A DNA stretch of 64,000 nucleotides from IMG/VR virus record IMGVR_UViG_3300005611_000001. The stretch is one strand, 5' to 3'. Source of the stretch: a virus (Duplodnaviria > Caudoviricetes). The notes beneath the pieces are model-generated. The model ran no database searches, was not told the DNA's origin, and saw only the letters and a program-made list of their open reading frames with translations. Positions 19,741-29,044 of this stretch are shown here, piece by piece (within the stretch, counting starts at the first letter, position 1; the number at the start of each line of letters is the position of its first letter). The translations under genes and the position numbers were made by a program.

Positions 19741-21465
19741 ATGGCATTAATACCATCTGAGTCTCCCAACATTATCGTAAAGGAATTCGACCTGTCAGGT
19801 GTTGTGCCGGCAGTGACAACCACTACGGGCGCGTTGGTAGGAGACTTCAATTGGGGTCCTGTTGAACAGCCTATTCGTATAGGTAACGAAGCAGAGCTTG
19901 TTTCAACTTTTGGATCTCCTTCTACAGATTCTGCAGCAGATGTCTCTGACTTTCTGTCTGCGGCTATGTTCCTCAAATATTCTGGCAGTTCTTTTGTCAC
20001 TCGCGTAATCGGCGATTCTGACACCAATGCGTGTGCTGCTGGTTCTGCACCTGTTGTCAGGAATCTTGATAACTGGAACGCTCAGACTCTGACGGCTAAC
20101 AAGATTGTTGCTAAGTATCCTGGCACACTAGGAAACAGCATCAAGGTTTCTATCTGCCCGCAGTCTACAAGCGACAGCGCGTTTGAAAACTGGACTGTCG
20201 ACGGTGTGAATATGTTTGCACTCTTTGATGGTGCACCATCAACATCTTCTTATGTGTCTGCGCTTAGCTCTGCTACAGCATACGACGAAGTTCACGCAGT
20301 TGTTTACGACGAAGACGGTAAAATCACAGGTACTCCTGGCACGATTCTTGAAACGTTCCCTTACCTGTCTCTCGCAACTGACGCGAAAAAATCAGATGGT
20401 TCTACAAACTATATTTTGGATGTTCTGAACAACCAATCTGATTATGTTTGGGGAGCTAGTCTCGCGACTGAGTTTACGGGCATTACTGGAGCTGCTTCTT
20501 TTAGTGGGCCTGGTTCTACAAATGTTCAAAACTACTCGCTGGGCGGTGGTGTTCATGTTGCACTAGATGTTGGCGATTATCAAACTGGTTTTGATCTGTA
20601 CAATGATCCCGATAACATTCAGGTAGATTTCTTGATTGCTCCTGGTTTGCAAGCAGACGCTGATCAAACAACGATAATTAACTATCTTGCTACAATCGCT
20701 AGCACTCAGAGAAAAGACTGCGTGGTGGTAGCATCGCCTTCTCGTAACATTGTCGTGAATCAGACAAATACTAATACACTTGTGACAAACACGAAGACAT
20801 GGTCTAGCACAATAAATTCTTCTTCATATGTTATTCTAGACAATAATTACATTAAAGTCTATGATAAGTATAGAGACCAATATGTGTTTATCCCTGCTGC
20901 TCCCGCAACTGCTGGTATTATGGCTGCTTCTGACAACAGTAGCGCACCATGGTTCTCGCCTGCAGGTCAGCGTCGTGGGCAATACTTCGGTGTAACTTCG
21001 CTTGCGTACAATGCTTCTAAGTCTCAAAGAGACACGCTGTACAAAGCGGGGGTCAACCCGATTGTGAATCTGCCTGGTCAGGGTATTCTGCTATTTGGTG
21101 ATAAGACTAAACTTGGTCGCCCATCTGCATTTGATCGCATCAACGTTCGTCGCCTGTTCTTGGTGATGGAACGCGCAATCAAAGCAGCTGCACAGAATGT
21201 TATGTTCGAATTTAATGATGAATTCACAAGAGCAGAGTTCGTTAACATTGTCGAGCCTTTCTTGAGAGAGATTAAGGGTCGACGCGGTATCACTGATTTC
21301 CGTGTGGTGTGTGATGAAACAAACAACACACCGAATATCATTGATAACAACCAATTTGTCGCTTCGGTCTTCGTGAAGCCTGCACGTTCTATCAACTACG
21401 TTACTTTGAACTTCGTAGCGGTTAGAACTGGCGTAGACTTCGATGAAGTCGTCGGGATTGTTTAA
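19741..21465 (+). CDS. gp18: Contractile tail sheath protein
   Basis: SP.IIVKEFDLS, WFSPAGQRRG, SAFDRINVRRLF, KPARSINYVTLNFVAVRTGV. Confidence 0.97.
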   Translation: MALIPSESPNIIVKEFDLSGVVPAVTTTTGALVGDFNWGPVEQPIRIGNEAELVSTFGSPSTDSAADVSDFLSAAMFLKYSGSSFVTRVIGDSDTNACAAGSAPVVRNLDNWNAQTLTANKIVAKYPGTLGNSIKVSICPQSTSDSAFENWTVDGVNMFALFDGAPSTSSYVSALSSATAYDEVHAVVYDEDGKITGTPGTILETFPYLSLATDAKKSDGSTNYILDVLNNQSDYVWGASLATEFTGITGAASFSGPGSTNVQNYSLGGGVHVALDVGDYQTGFDLYNDPDNIQVDFLIAPGLQADADQTTIINYLATIASTQRKDCVVVASPSRNIVVNQTNTNTLVTNTKTWSSTINSSSYVILDNNYIKVYDKYRDQYVFIPAAPATAGIMAASDNSSAPWFSPAGQRRGQYFGVTSLAYNASKSQRDTLYKAGVNPIVNLPGQGILLFGDKTKLGRPSAFDRINVRRLFLVMERAIKAAAQNVMFEFNDEFTRAEFVNIVEPFLREIKGRRGITDFRVVCDETNNTPNIIDNNQFVASVFVKPARSINYVTLNFVAVRTGVDFDEVVGIV

Positions 21466-21484
21466 GCGCACAGGAGTATAAGAA

Positions 21485-22012
21485 ATGGCATTACTAGGAA
21501 TTGATGATTTTAAATCAAAGCTGAGAGGTGGTGGTGCGCGCCCGAACATGTTCAAGGCGACCATCAACTTTCCAGCATATGCGGGGGGCGATGTCGAATT
21601 GACATCGTTCCTTTGCAAAACTGCTCAGCTTCCGCAATCTCAGACTAACTCTTTTCCCGTACCGTTTCGCGGTCGTGAACTGAAGGTAGCAGGAGATCGC
21701 ACGTTCGAAGATTGGACAGTCACCATCATTAACGATACTGACTTCGAAGTTCGTGACGCAATGGAGCGCTGGATGAATGGTATCAATGCTCACGCAGCAA
21801 ATACCGGTCTGACGAATCCGATTGACTATCAAGCGGACCTGCTTGTTGATCAACTGGATCGTGACGAGTCTGTAATCAAGCGTTACACTTTCAGAGGTGC
21901 ATTCCCGACCACTGTTGGTACTATCGCTCTTGACTATGACACTCGTGATCAGATCGAAGTTTTTGATGTTACGTTTGCTTACCAGTATTGGGAAAGCAAT
22001 ACCACATCTTAA
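21485..22012 (+). CDS. gp19: Tail tube protein
   Basis: GGARPNMF, FRGRELKVAGDRTFEDWTVTIIND, FDVTFAYQYW. Confidence 0.96.
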   Translation: MALLGIDDFKSKLRGGGARPNMFKATINFPAYAGGDVELTSFLCKTAQLPQSQTNSFPVPFRGRELKVAGDRTFEDWTVTIINDTDFEVRDAMERWMNGINAHAANTGLTNPIDYQADLLVDQLDRDESVIKRYTFRGAFPTTVGTIALDYDTRDQIEVFDVTFAYQYWESNTTS

Positions 22013-22023
22013 GGTCGGTCTAA

Positions 22024-22062
22024 ATACTGAGGAGTCTTCACGGGCTCCTCAGTATATTTTTT
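22024..22062 (+). terminator. Intrinsic terminator after gp19
   Basis: atactgaggagtc-loop-ggctcctcagtat stem followed by T-run. Confidence 0.75.
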
Positions 22063-22072
22063 AGGGAAAATC

Positions 22073-23659
22073 ATGGCAGAATACGATAATGGTATAAGAC
22101 TCTTTGGTTTTGAAATCAAAAGAGCGAAAAAAGATGATAAGGGCAAACAGGAGCTCCAATCTGTCGTGCCCCCAACTGACCCAGACGGTTCTGGATATGT
22201 CACTGCGACAGCCGGACACTTTGGGCAGTATATTAATATGGAAGGTGATGAGGCGAAAGATAACCATCATCTAATTTCGCGTTATCGTGGTGTTGCAATG
22301 CATCCCGAAGTCGATATGGCTATCGACGAAATTGTAAACGAAACTATTTCGGCATCTGAACTTCAGTCATCTGTAGAAATTTCTCTTGACGATATCGAAG
22401 CAGGCGAAAAGATTAAAGATCAAATTCGCGAAGAATTTGAAACCATTGTAGGTATGCTTCGCTTTAATGAAATTGGTCACGAGATTTTTAGATCGTGGTA
22501 TGTTGATGGAAGAATCTATCACCATCTGCTTGTTAACGAAGCAAGCCCCAAAGCGGGTATTCAAGAAATTCGTAACATTGATTCTGTCAAGATTCGTAAG
22601 GTTCGCCAAGTCAAGTACAAAAAAGATCCGCAAACTGGTGTAAAGATTGTTGACAGTGTTGATGAGTATTATATCTACGAAGACAAGCCTGGTCAGACAC
22701 AGACAGGTGTTAAGCTGTCGAACGATTCGATTAGCTATGTAACTTCTGGTCTTCTAGACGAAACTAAAAAGAAAGTTGTCTCGCATCTGCACAAAGCGCT
22801 GAAGCCTATTAACCAGCTTCGCATGATGGAAGACTCCTTGGTCATCTATCGTCTTGCTCGCGCACCCGAGCGTCGTATCTTCTATATTGATGTCGGTAAC
22901 TTGCCTCGCGGTAAAGCTGAGCAGTACATGAAAGATATCATGACTCAGTATCGCAATAAGCTTGTGTATGACGCGACGACTGGTCAGATTAAAGATGATC
23001 GCAAGCACATGTCAATGCTTGAAGACTTCTGGCTACCTCGCCGTGAGAACGGGCGTGGCACTGAGATTAGCACACTGCCTGGTGGTGAAAATCTTGGGCA
23101 GATTGATGACATCATTTATTTCCAGAAAAGATTATATCGTTCTTTGAATGTGCCTGTCAATAGGCTAGAGCAAGAAGCCCAGTTTTCGCTTGGTCGTTCT
23201 ACTGAAATTAGCAGAGACGAAGTAAAGTTCCAGAAATTTGTTGATAGACTTCGTAGACGATTCTCATGGGTTTTCCTTGGAATTCTTAAGAAGCAACTTA
23301 TTCTCAAGGGTGTTATCACTGAGCAAGACTGGGAAGAGTGGAAAGATAACATCTATATCGACTTCATAAAAGACAATCACTTTACTGAGTTGAAAGAGAT
23401 GGAAATTCTTCGTGAGCGTATTGGTGTGATGAACGAAATCACACAATATGTTGGCGAATACTACTCAAAAGATTGGGTAATGAGAAATGTTATGCGACTG
23501 TCTGACGAAGACATCGATAACATGAAAAAAGAAATAGACAAAGAAATGAAGTCTGGTGAAATCCCAGACGAAGAAGAGAAGGCGCAGCAAGCGGCTCCAC
23601 CCGAGCCCAAGCCTGTTCCCGTTCAAGTAGTACCTGATGATAACAAAAAAGAGGAATAG
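22073..23659 (+). CDS. gp20: Portal vertex protein
   Basis: WYVDGRIY, MMEDSLVIYRLARAPERRIFYIDVGNLP, MLEDFWLPRRENGRGTEISTLPGG. Confidence 0.98.
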   Translation: MAEYDNGIRLFGFEIKRAKKDDKGKQELQSVVPPTDPDGSGYVTATAGHFGQYINMEGDEAKDNHHLISRYRGVAMHPEVDMAIDEIVNETISASELQSSVEISLDDIEAGEKIKDQIREEFETIVGMLRFNEIGHEIFRSWYVDGRIYHHLLVNEASPKAGIQEIRNIDSVKIRKVRQVKYKKDPQTGVKIVDSVDEYYIYEDKPGQTQTGVKLSNDSISYVTSGLLDETKKKVVSHLHKALKPINQLRMMEDSLVIYRLARAPERRIFYIDVGNLPRGKAEQYMKDIMTQYRNKLVYDATTGQIKDDRKHMSMLEDFWLPRRENGRGTEISTLPGGENLGQIDDIIYFQKRLYRSLNVPVNRLEQEAQFSLGRSTEISRDEVKFQKFVDRLRRRFSWVFLGILKKQLILKGVITEQDWEEWKDNIYIDFIKDNHFTELKEMEILRERIGVMNEITQYVGEYYSKDWVMRNVMRLSDEDIDNMKKEIDKEMKSGEIPDEEEKAQQAAPPEPKPVPVQVVPDDNKKEE

Positions 23660-23661
23660 TT

Positions 23662-23973
23662 ATGAGTGAAGCACAAGATACTGTAATTGATGAACTTGAG
23701 GCAGAGCCTATCCAAACCGATTCGCAACCAATTGCTGATCTAATAAAAGCAATTGAAGATCAAAATTTTACACAAGCTGAGCGTCATTTTAACGATGTCG
23801 TTGGCGACCGTTTGCAAGATACGCTTGATCAAGCAAAATCAAGAATTGCCGCTTCACTGGGTCAAGAACCTGAAGAAGCGTCTGCTGATGAGTATGAAGT
23901 TGAAAATGATGACGAAGAAATCGATCTTGATGATGAAGACTTCGACGACGAAGAAGAAGACACTGAAAAATAA
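23662..23973 (+). CDS. Prohead core protein (gp67-like, acidic tail)
   Basis: Position after portal; highly acidic C-terminus. Confidence 0.7.
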   Translation: MSEAQDTVIDELEAEPIQTDSQPIADLIKAIEDQNFTQAERHFNDVVGDRLQDTLDQAKSRIAASLGQEPEEASADEYEVENDDEEIDLDDEDFDDEEEDTEK

Positions 23974-23978
23974 ATTTT

Positions 23979-23986
23979 TATAAATA
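23979..23986 (+). promoter_or_regulatory. T4-type late promoter
   Basis: Intergenic TATAAATA. Confidence 0.75.
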
Positions 23987-23998
23987 ATTAATAACATT

Positions 23999-24646
23999 AT
24001 GAATATAGATGAAAAATTTATAACTAAAGTTGCCAATGCTCATATGTACGAAGTTATGGCAAATAAAAGTCGGTATCTTGAGCCCGACAACTTTAGTACA
24101 GTTCAATATATGAATCCTCGTGTACATATTGATCTGATTAAATTTAAAGAAATGGTAATTAGAACGTTACATAAATTTGACAAGGCGGGGGCTTACTTAA
24201 ATATAGGTAGTGCAGCAGGTCATTTAGAATATGTGAACAATCTAATTCCTTCTGCTCCTCACAGAGCTTCAAGAATTATCATGAGTTCTGTTGAGTGGGT
24301 TGATCAGTATGATTGTTGTAAAGCAATCAGAGAGCAACTTGGGGTAGATATACATTACATTTGCAATGACGTTTTACAAGACGATTTTGAAATTTTCAAT
24401 TGTAAAACTTATTTTGATAATGTAATTTTAGAAAGATTTTTTCCTGTGTATAGAAGTATGACTTATCACAGGATAGAAGAAGTTTTAAGAAAGTTTGTGC
24501 CATATGGAAGAAATGCAGTTGTAGTCGAAAGTGAAGGTAATTTGAGCAAAGATCAAGTAAATTACTTTAACAGAATTGCAACAGACAAAATGCATATTTC
24601 TGGAAAATGGCATTGTTTTGTAGTTAAACTGGAACAATTTAAATGA
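23999..24646 (+). CDS. Class I SAM-dependent methyltransferase-like protein
   Basis: YLNIGSAAGHLE motif I-like, SSVEW, FDNVILER; AT-rich insert in head operon. Confidence 0.5.
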   Translation: MNIDEKFITKVANAHMYEVMANKSRYLEPDNFSTVQYMNPRVHIDLIKFKEMVIRTLHKFDKAGAYLNIGSAAGHLEYVNNLIPSAPHRASRIIMSSVEWVDQYDCCKAIREQLGVDIHYICNDVLQDDFEIFNCKTYFDNVILERFFPVYRSMTYHRIEEVLRKFVPYGRNAVVVESEGNLSKDQVNYFNRIATDKMHISGKWHCFVVKLEQFK

Positions 24647-24849
24647 AGACATTTAAACAACTTCGCGAAGCAAAGGGCAAAATGCCGCCAGGCGAACATG
24701 TCTTCGATAAAAAAGTGAATCGTCATTCTGTGATGGTTCACAAAGATAGTAAAGGATTCACTGTTTATATTGACGGTGACAAACTGGACACCTATCGTTC
24801 TCAAAAAGAAGCAGAGAAGATGGGTGTGGCTTTTGCAAAGGAAATGTAG
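24643..24849 (+). CDS. Small prohead core/internal protein (gp68 position)
   Basis: MKTFKQLRE N-terminus resembling T4 capsid-targeting sequence; immediately before gp21. Confidence 0.7.
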   Translation: MKTFKQLREAKGKMPPGEHVFDKKVNRHSVMVHKDSKGFTVYIDGDKLDTYRSQKEAEKMGVAFAKEM

Positions 24850-25515
24850 ATGAAACTCATTGCTGAATACATTGACAACGGACTAGAAGTTATTACCGAA
24901 GCGAAGAGCGACGGTACTAAGTCCTATATGATTGAAGGCATCTTTGCACAAGCGGAACAAAAGAATCGTAACGGTCGTGTATACCCTCGCACAATCATGG
25001 AGCGAGCAGTAGAAAAATACATGACCGATCAAGTTGCTAAAAAGCGTTCGGTGGGTGAGTTGAATCACCCCGACGGACCTACTATCAACTTGGACAAAGT
25101 TTCTCACCTCATCACTGGGCTTCAATGGGAAGGCAATGATGTGGTTGGAAAGGCACAAATATTGGATACTCCAATGGGTAAGATTGTAAAAGGTCTACTT
25201 GATGGCGGTGTTCAACTAGGTGTGTCAACTCGTGGTATGGGTAGTCTTGAGCAAAGAAATGGCACTATGTATGTGCGTGACGACTTTATTTTAAATACTG
25301 TCGATATCGTACAAGATCCTTCTGCACCTGCAGCCTTTGTTAATGGAATTATGGAAGGTGTCGAATGGGTATGGAATAACGGTGTCATTCAAGCACAAGA
25401 AATTGAGAAGATGGAGACTGAAATTAAAGCCGCTCCGAAAAAGCATCTCTACGAGACGCAAGTTCGCGAGTACAAGAATTTCCTCTCACAGCTCAAATCA
25501 AACTTTAAGGAGTAA
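24850..25515 (+). CDS. gp21: Prohead protease
   Basis: KNRNGRVY, GELNHP, GVSTRGMGS, DIVQDPSAP.AFV. Confidence 0.97.
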   Translation: MKLIAEYIDNGLEVITEAKSDGTKSYMIEGIFAQAEQKNRNGRVYPRTIMERAVEKYMTDQVAKKRSVGELNHPDGPTINLDKVSHLITGLQWEGNDVVGKAQILDTPMGKIVKGLLDGGVQLGVSTRGMGSLEQRNGTMYVRDDFILNTVDIVQDPSAPAAFVNGIMEGVEWVWNNGVIQAQEIEKMETEIKAAPKKHLYETQVREYKNFLSQLKSNFKE

Positions 25516-25520
25516 AACAT

Positions 25521-26549
25521 ATGTCTGATCAAGACCAACATGTTGAGCTTCCGGTCGATGAGTCTATCGAGGAAGCTAGTGCTGCGAAGATGCCTGTAGG
25601 TACTGAGGCAGATTCAATTGCGTCTGTAGACAAGACGGATACTACTAAGAAGGCTCCCGCTCGTAAAGGGGATACCGGAAAGCAAGATCCGATGCCGAAG
25701 ACCAAAGCAGGAATGCTCAACGCTATGTATGGCAAGATGGCTGGTATGAAAAAAGACCAACTGACTGCTATGTACAGCAAGATGCAAGAAGAAGTCGATC
25801 TGGATGACGAAGAAGCCATTGAGCTTCCTGAGTTCTCTTACACCGACGAGCTTGATGCACTTGTTGAAAGCGAAGCAACATTGTCTGATGAGTTCAAAGC
25901 GAAGACTGCTGTGATCTTTGAAACGGCTATTCGTTCTAAGCTGTCTGAAGAAATTCAGCGCTTGGAAGATGAATATCAAACTCGCCTCGACGAAGAACTG
26001 GACGCTACGCGCACAGACCTTGTTGAGAAAGTTGATAGCTACCTCAACTACGTTGTTGAAAATTGGATGGAGCAAAACAAACTCGCTGTTGAGACTGGTC
26101 TGCGCACTGAAATCGCTGAAGATTTCATGGGCAAACTGAAGGACCTGTTCCTTGAGTCTTACATCGAAGTGCCTGAGTCCAAGATTGACCTAGTTGATGA
26201 ACTTGCTGAGCAAGTTGAAGAGCTTGAAGAAAAACTCAATGCTCAAACTGCTGACGTTCTTGCAATGAACGAAACGCTTGAGGCTTACATGCGCGAAGCT
26301 GTAATCCGTGAAGCTGCTCGTGACCTTGCAGAAACTCAAGTAGAAAAACTCAAGTCTCTTGTTGAGTCTCTTGACTTTGAAGACGAAGAAACTTTCGCAC
26401 AAAAGGTGAAAACTGTGAAAGAGTCTTACTTCAAGAAAGAAGTGAAGAGTGAAGAAGAGATTGTTGAAGATTGGGAAGCAGATCAATCGCGCGAAGTTTC
26501 TAGCGTGATGGATATGTACCTTAACGCAATTAAGAAATCCAATAAGTAA
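25521..26549 (+). CDS. gp22: Prohead core scaffolding protein
   Basis: LSDEFKAKTAVIFE, KVDSYLNYVVENW, GLRTEIAEDF; acidic coiled coil. Confidence 0.93.
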   Translation: MSDQDQHVELPVDESIEEASAAKMPVGTEADSIASVDKTDTTKKAPARKGDTGKQDPMPKTKAGMLNAMYGKMAGMKKDQLTAMYSKMQEEVDLDDEEAIELPEFSYTDELDALVESEATLSDEFKAKTAVIFETAIRSKLSEEIQRLEDEYQTRLDEELDATRTDLVEKVDSYLNYVVENWMEQNKLAVETGLRTEIAEDFMGKLKDLFLESYIEVPESKIDLVDELAEQVEELEEKLNAQTADVLAMNETLEAYMREAVIREAARDLAETQVEKLKSLVESLDFEDEETFAQKVKTVKESYFKKEVKSEEEIVEDWEADQSREVSSVMDMYLNAIKKSNK

Positions 26550-26560
26550 GGAGTACAACA

Positions 26561-27943
26561 ATGACTGTACAAGTGTCTTATGACAAACTGATGGAGAAGT
26601 GGGCTCCCGTTCTGAACGAAGAGTCTGCTGGCGCCATCAAAGATAACCATCGTCGCGCTGTGACGGCTGCTATTCTTGAGAACCAAGAAATGGCATTCCG
26701 TGAAGAAGCCGGCATGCTGGCCGAAGCCCCCACCAACACCAACTTCACCGCTACTGGTGCTGCTGCTGGCGTGACGGGTGCTAACTGGAACCCCGTGCTT
26801 ATCGCCCTCGTGCGTCGCGCTATGCCTAACCTCATGGCTTATGACCTCGCTGGTGTGCAGCCGATGACGGGTCCGACTGGTCTTATCTTCGCAATGAAGA
26901 GCCGTTACAAGACGACTCGTGGCGGTGCAACTGACGGTGCAGAAGCACTTGGTCTCCAAGAGCCTCACACTCCGTTCTCTGGCGACTCTTCTGTGTCGCA
27001 AGATTCTCAGTTTGCTTCCGGCAACAAGGGTCCTTCTGGTCTCTCTGGTGTGACCGACACAGACGACGATTCTTCTATCGTTGACTCTGGTTCGACTTAT
27101 GTGCCTGGCGTGGGCGGTGGTATGCCTACTGCTGACGCAGAAGCACTCGGTTCGACCGGTTCTGCATTCGCAGAAATGGGCTTCACCATTGAGAAAGCAA
27201 CTGTGACTGCTAAGAGCCGCGCTCTGAAAGCAGAATACAGCCTTGAGCTTGCTCAAGACCTCAAAGCAATCCACGGGCTTGACGCCGAGACGGAACTTGC
27301 GAACATTCTCAGCACAGAAATTCTTGCTGAAATCAACCGTGAGATCGTCCGTACGATCAATGCTCAAGCTAAGATCGGTTGCCGGACTGCAAACGTTCAA
27401 ACTCAAGGTATCTTCGACCTCAGCACCGACGCTGATGGCCGTTGGTCCGTTGAGAAGTTCAAGGGTCTCCTCGTGCAACTTGAGCGTGAAGCCAATGTTA
27501 TCGCGAAAGAAACTCGTCGCGGTAAGGGCAACATCGTGGTTTGCTCCTCGGATGTTGCTACGGCTCTCGTGGCTGCTGGCATGCTCGACTATTCGCCTGC
27601 TCTCAGCACGAACCTGCAAGTGGACGACACAGGCAACACCTTTGCTGGTGTGCTGAATGGTCGTACTCGTGTGTACATCGACCCCTATGCAGTTGCAGAC
27701 TATGTGACTGTGGGCTACAAGGGCACGAACCCTTACGACGCCGGTGTGTTCTACTGCCCCTATGTGCCGCTCCAAATGGTGCGCGCTGTGGGCGAGAACG
27801 ACTTCCAGCCTCGCATCGGGTTCAAGACTCGCTACGGCATGGCTTCCAACCCCTTCGTTGGTTCCACTCCCGCAGACGGTCTTGCCACGAACCGCACGAA
27901 CCAGTACTATCGCATCTTCCGCGTGGACAACATCCTCGCCTAA
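26561..27943 (+). CDS. gp23: Major capsid protein
   Basis: LVRRAMPNLMAYDLAGVQPMTGPTGLIFAM, KSRALKAEYSLELAQDL, FQPRIGFKTRYGM. Confidence 0.99.
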   Translation: MTVQVSYDKLMEKWAPVLNEESAGAIKDNHRRAVTAAILENQEMAFREEAGMLAEAPTNTNFTATGAAAGVTGANWNPVLIALVRRAMPNLMAYDLAGVQPMTGPTGLIFAMKSRYKTTRGGATDGAEALGLQEPHTPFSGDSSVSQDSQFASGNKGPSGLSGVTDTDDDSSIVDSGSTYVPGVGGGMPTADAEALGSTGSAFAEMGFTIEKATVTAKSRALKAEYSLELAQDLKAIHGLDAETELANILSTEILAEINREIVRTINAQAKIGCRTANVQTQGIFDLSTDADGRWSVEKFKGLLVQLEREANVIAKETRRGKGNIVVCSSDVATALVAAGMLDYSPALSTNLQVDDTGNTFAGVLNGRTRVYIDPYAVADYVTVGYKGTNPYDAGVFYCPYVPLQMVRAVGENDFQPRIGFKTRYGMASNPFVGSTPADGLATNRTNQYYRIFRVDNILA

Positions 27944-27980
27944 GCGATATAAAAAGAGCGAGGTTCACTCGCCACTTTCA

Positions 27981-28005
27981 AGGGGCTCTTCGGAGCCCCT
28001 TTTTT
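27981..28005 (+). terminator. Intrinsic terminator with cUUCGg tetraloop after gp23
   Basis: aggggctc-ttcg-gagcccct followed by T-run. Confidence 0.92.
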
Positions 28006-28011
28006 GTGCAG

Positions 28012-28019
28012 TATAAATA
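28012..28019 (+). promoter_or_regulatory. T4-type late promoter
   Basis: TATAAATA directly after terminator. Confidence 0.85.
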
Positions 28020-28049
28020 CAGTCATCACTTTCTTATTGGTGTTTTAAA

Positions 28050-28559
28050 ATGGCAGACTTTACATGCGATCCGACATATCTTGCTCCTACAGGATTTAAA
28101 ATTCTCATTGATAGAGAAAATTATCCTAACATACAATTTTTTGCGCAGCAAGTTTTACACCCTTCTATGGATATTAATCCGTCTGAACAGAATTATAGAA
28201 GAGTTGGTTCGGTTGTCACACCAGGCGATACAATCACTTTTGGCACAGTCACCATGGACGTTCTTATGGACGAAAACATGAATGTCTATCAAGAAATGTA
28301 TGATTGGATAAAAAGACTTGTAGAAACGAATCATCGTCAAAATACAGGCAGACTGTACACTCGTGATACTGATGCTTTAGCGTCTTATTCTGATATTACT
28401 GTCTCTGTATTGACAAGCCACAACAACGTTTCTAGATCGTTCAAATATGTCAATGCGCTACCTGTTTCTTTGGGCGATATAACCTTTGCTGCAACTCAAG
28501 ATGCACAATACATAACATTCCCGGTGTCTTTTAGGTTTGACTATTTTGATTTCGTTTGA
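28050..28559 (+). CDS. gp3: Tail tube terminator/completion protein
   Basis: YLAPTGFK, TPGDTITFG...LMDENM.VYQEMYDW, FPVSFRFDYF. Confidence 0.85.
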   Translation: MADFTCDPTYLAPTGFKILIDRENYPNIQFFAQQVLHPSMDINPSEQNYRRVGSVVTPGDTITFGTVTMDVLMDENMNVYQEMYDWIKRLVETNHRQNTGRLYTRDTDALASYSDITVSVLTSHNNVSRSFKYVNALPVSLGDITFAATQDAQYITFPVSFRFDYFDFV

Positions 28560-28600
28560 TATACTATATTAGATTATGAATTTAAATTATGGAGTGTACT

Positions 28601-29044
28601 ATGAACTTGGACGATATTTTAAACGAATGGAAAAAAGATTCGCACATCGAATTTAATAAGCTTGATGTTACTTCTCAAGAGACTCCTAAGCTACATGCTA
28701 AGTATCTTGAAATGTATACTAATGCAAAGCTAAAGCTGAAAGATGCAGAGTTTAAGCAGAAAATTTTACTCAAAGATAAATGGCTATATTACAACGGTAA
28801 GATGCCAATAGAAACTGTTATAGAAAAAGGCTGGAATCCTGATCCGTTTGATGGCCTTAAAATTCTCAAAGGTGAAATGGACTACTACTATAATAGCGAT
28901 CCAGAAATAATTTCTAGTGAAGCAAAAATTGCTTATGTAAAAGAAGTTGTTGATACGCTGAAAGAAATTATGGATCACATCAAGTGGAGACATTCTACGA
29001 TCAAAAACATGATCGACTGGAAAAAATTTGAAGCTGGATTTTAA
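28601..29044 (+). CDS. uvsY: Recombination mediator
   Basis: GGAG RBS; EWKKDSHI, PKLHAKYL, WNPDPF, IKNMIDWKKF. Confidence 0.9.
   Translation: MNLDDILNEWKKDSHIEFNKLDVTSQETPKLHAKYLEMYTNAKLKLKDAEFKQKILLKDKWLYYNGKMPIETVIEKGWNPDPFDGLKILKGEMDYYYNSDPEIISSEAKIAYVKEVVDTLKEIMDHIKWRHSTIKNMIDWKKFEAGF

Noticed and set aside
26483-27775. 430-aa minus-strand ORF
   Set aside because: Antisense shadow of codon-biased gp23; no RBS or recognisable domain
27541-28281. 246-aa plus-strand alternative-frame ORF
   Set aside because: Overlaps gp23, the terminator and gp3; low-complexity translation
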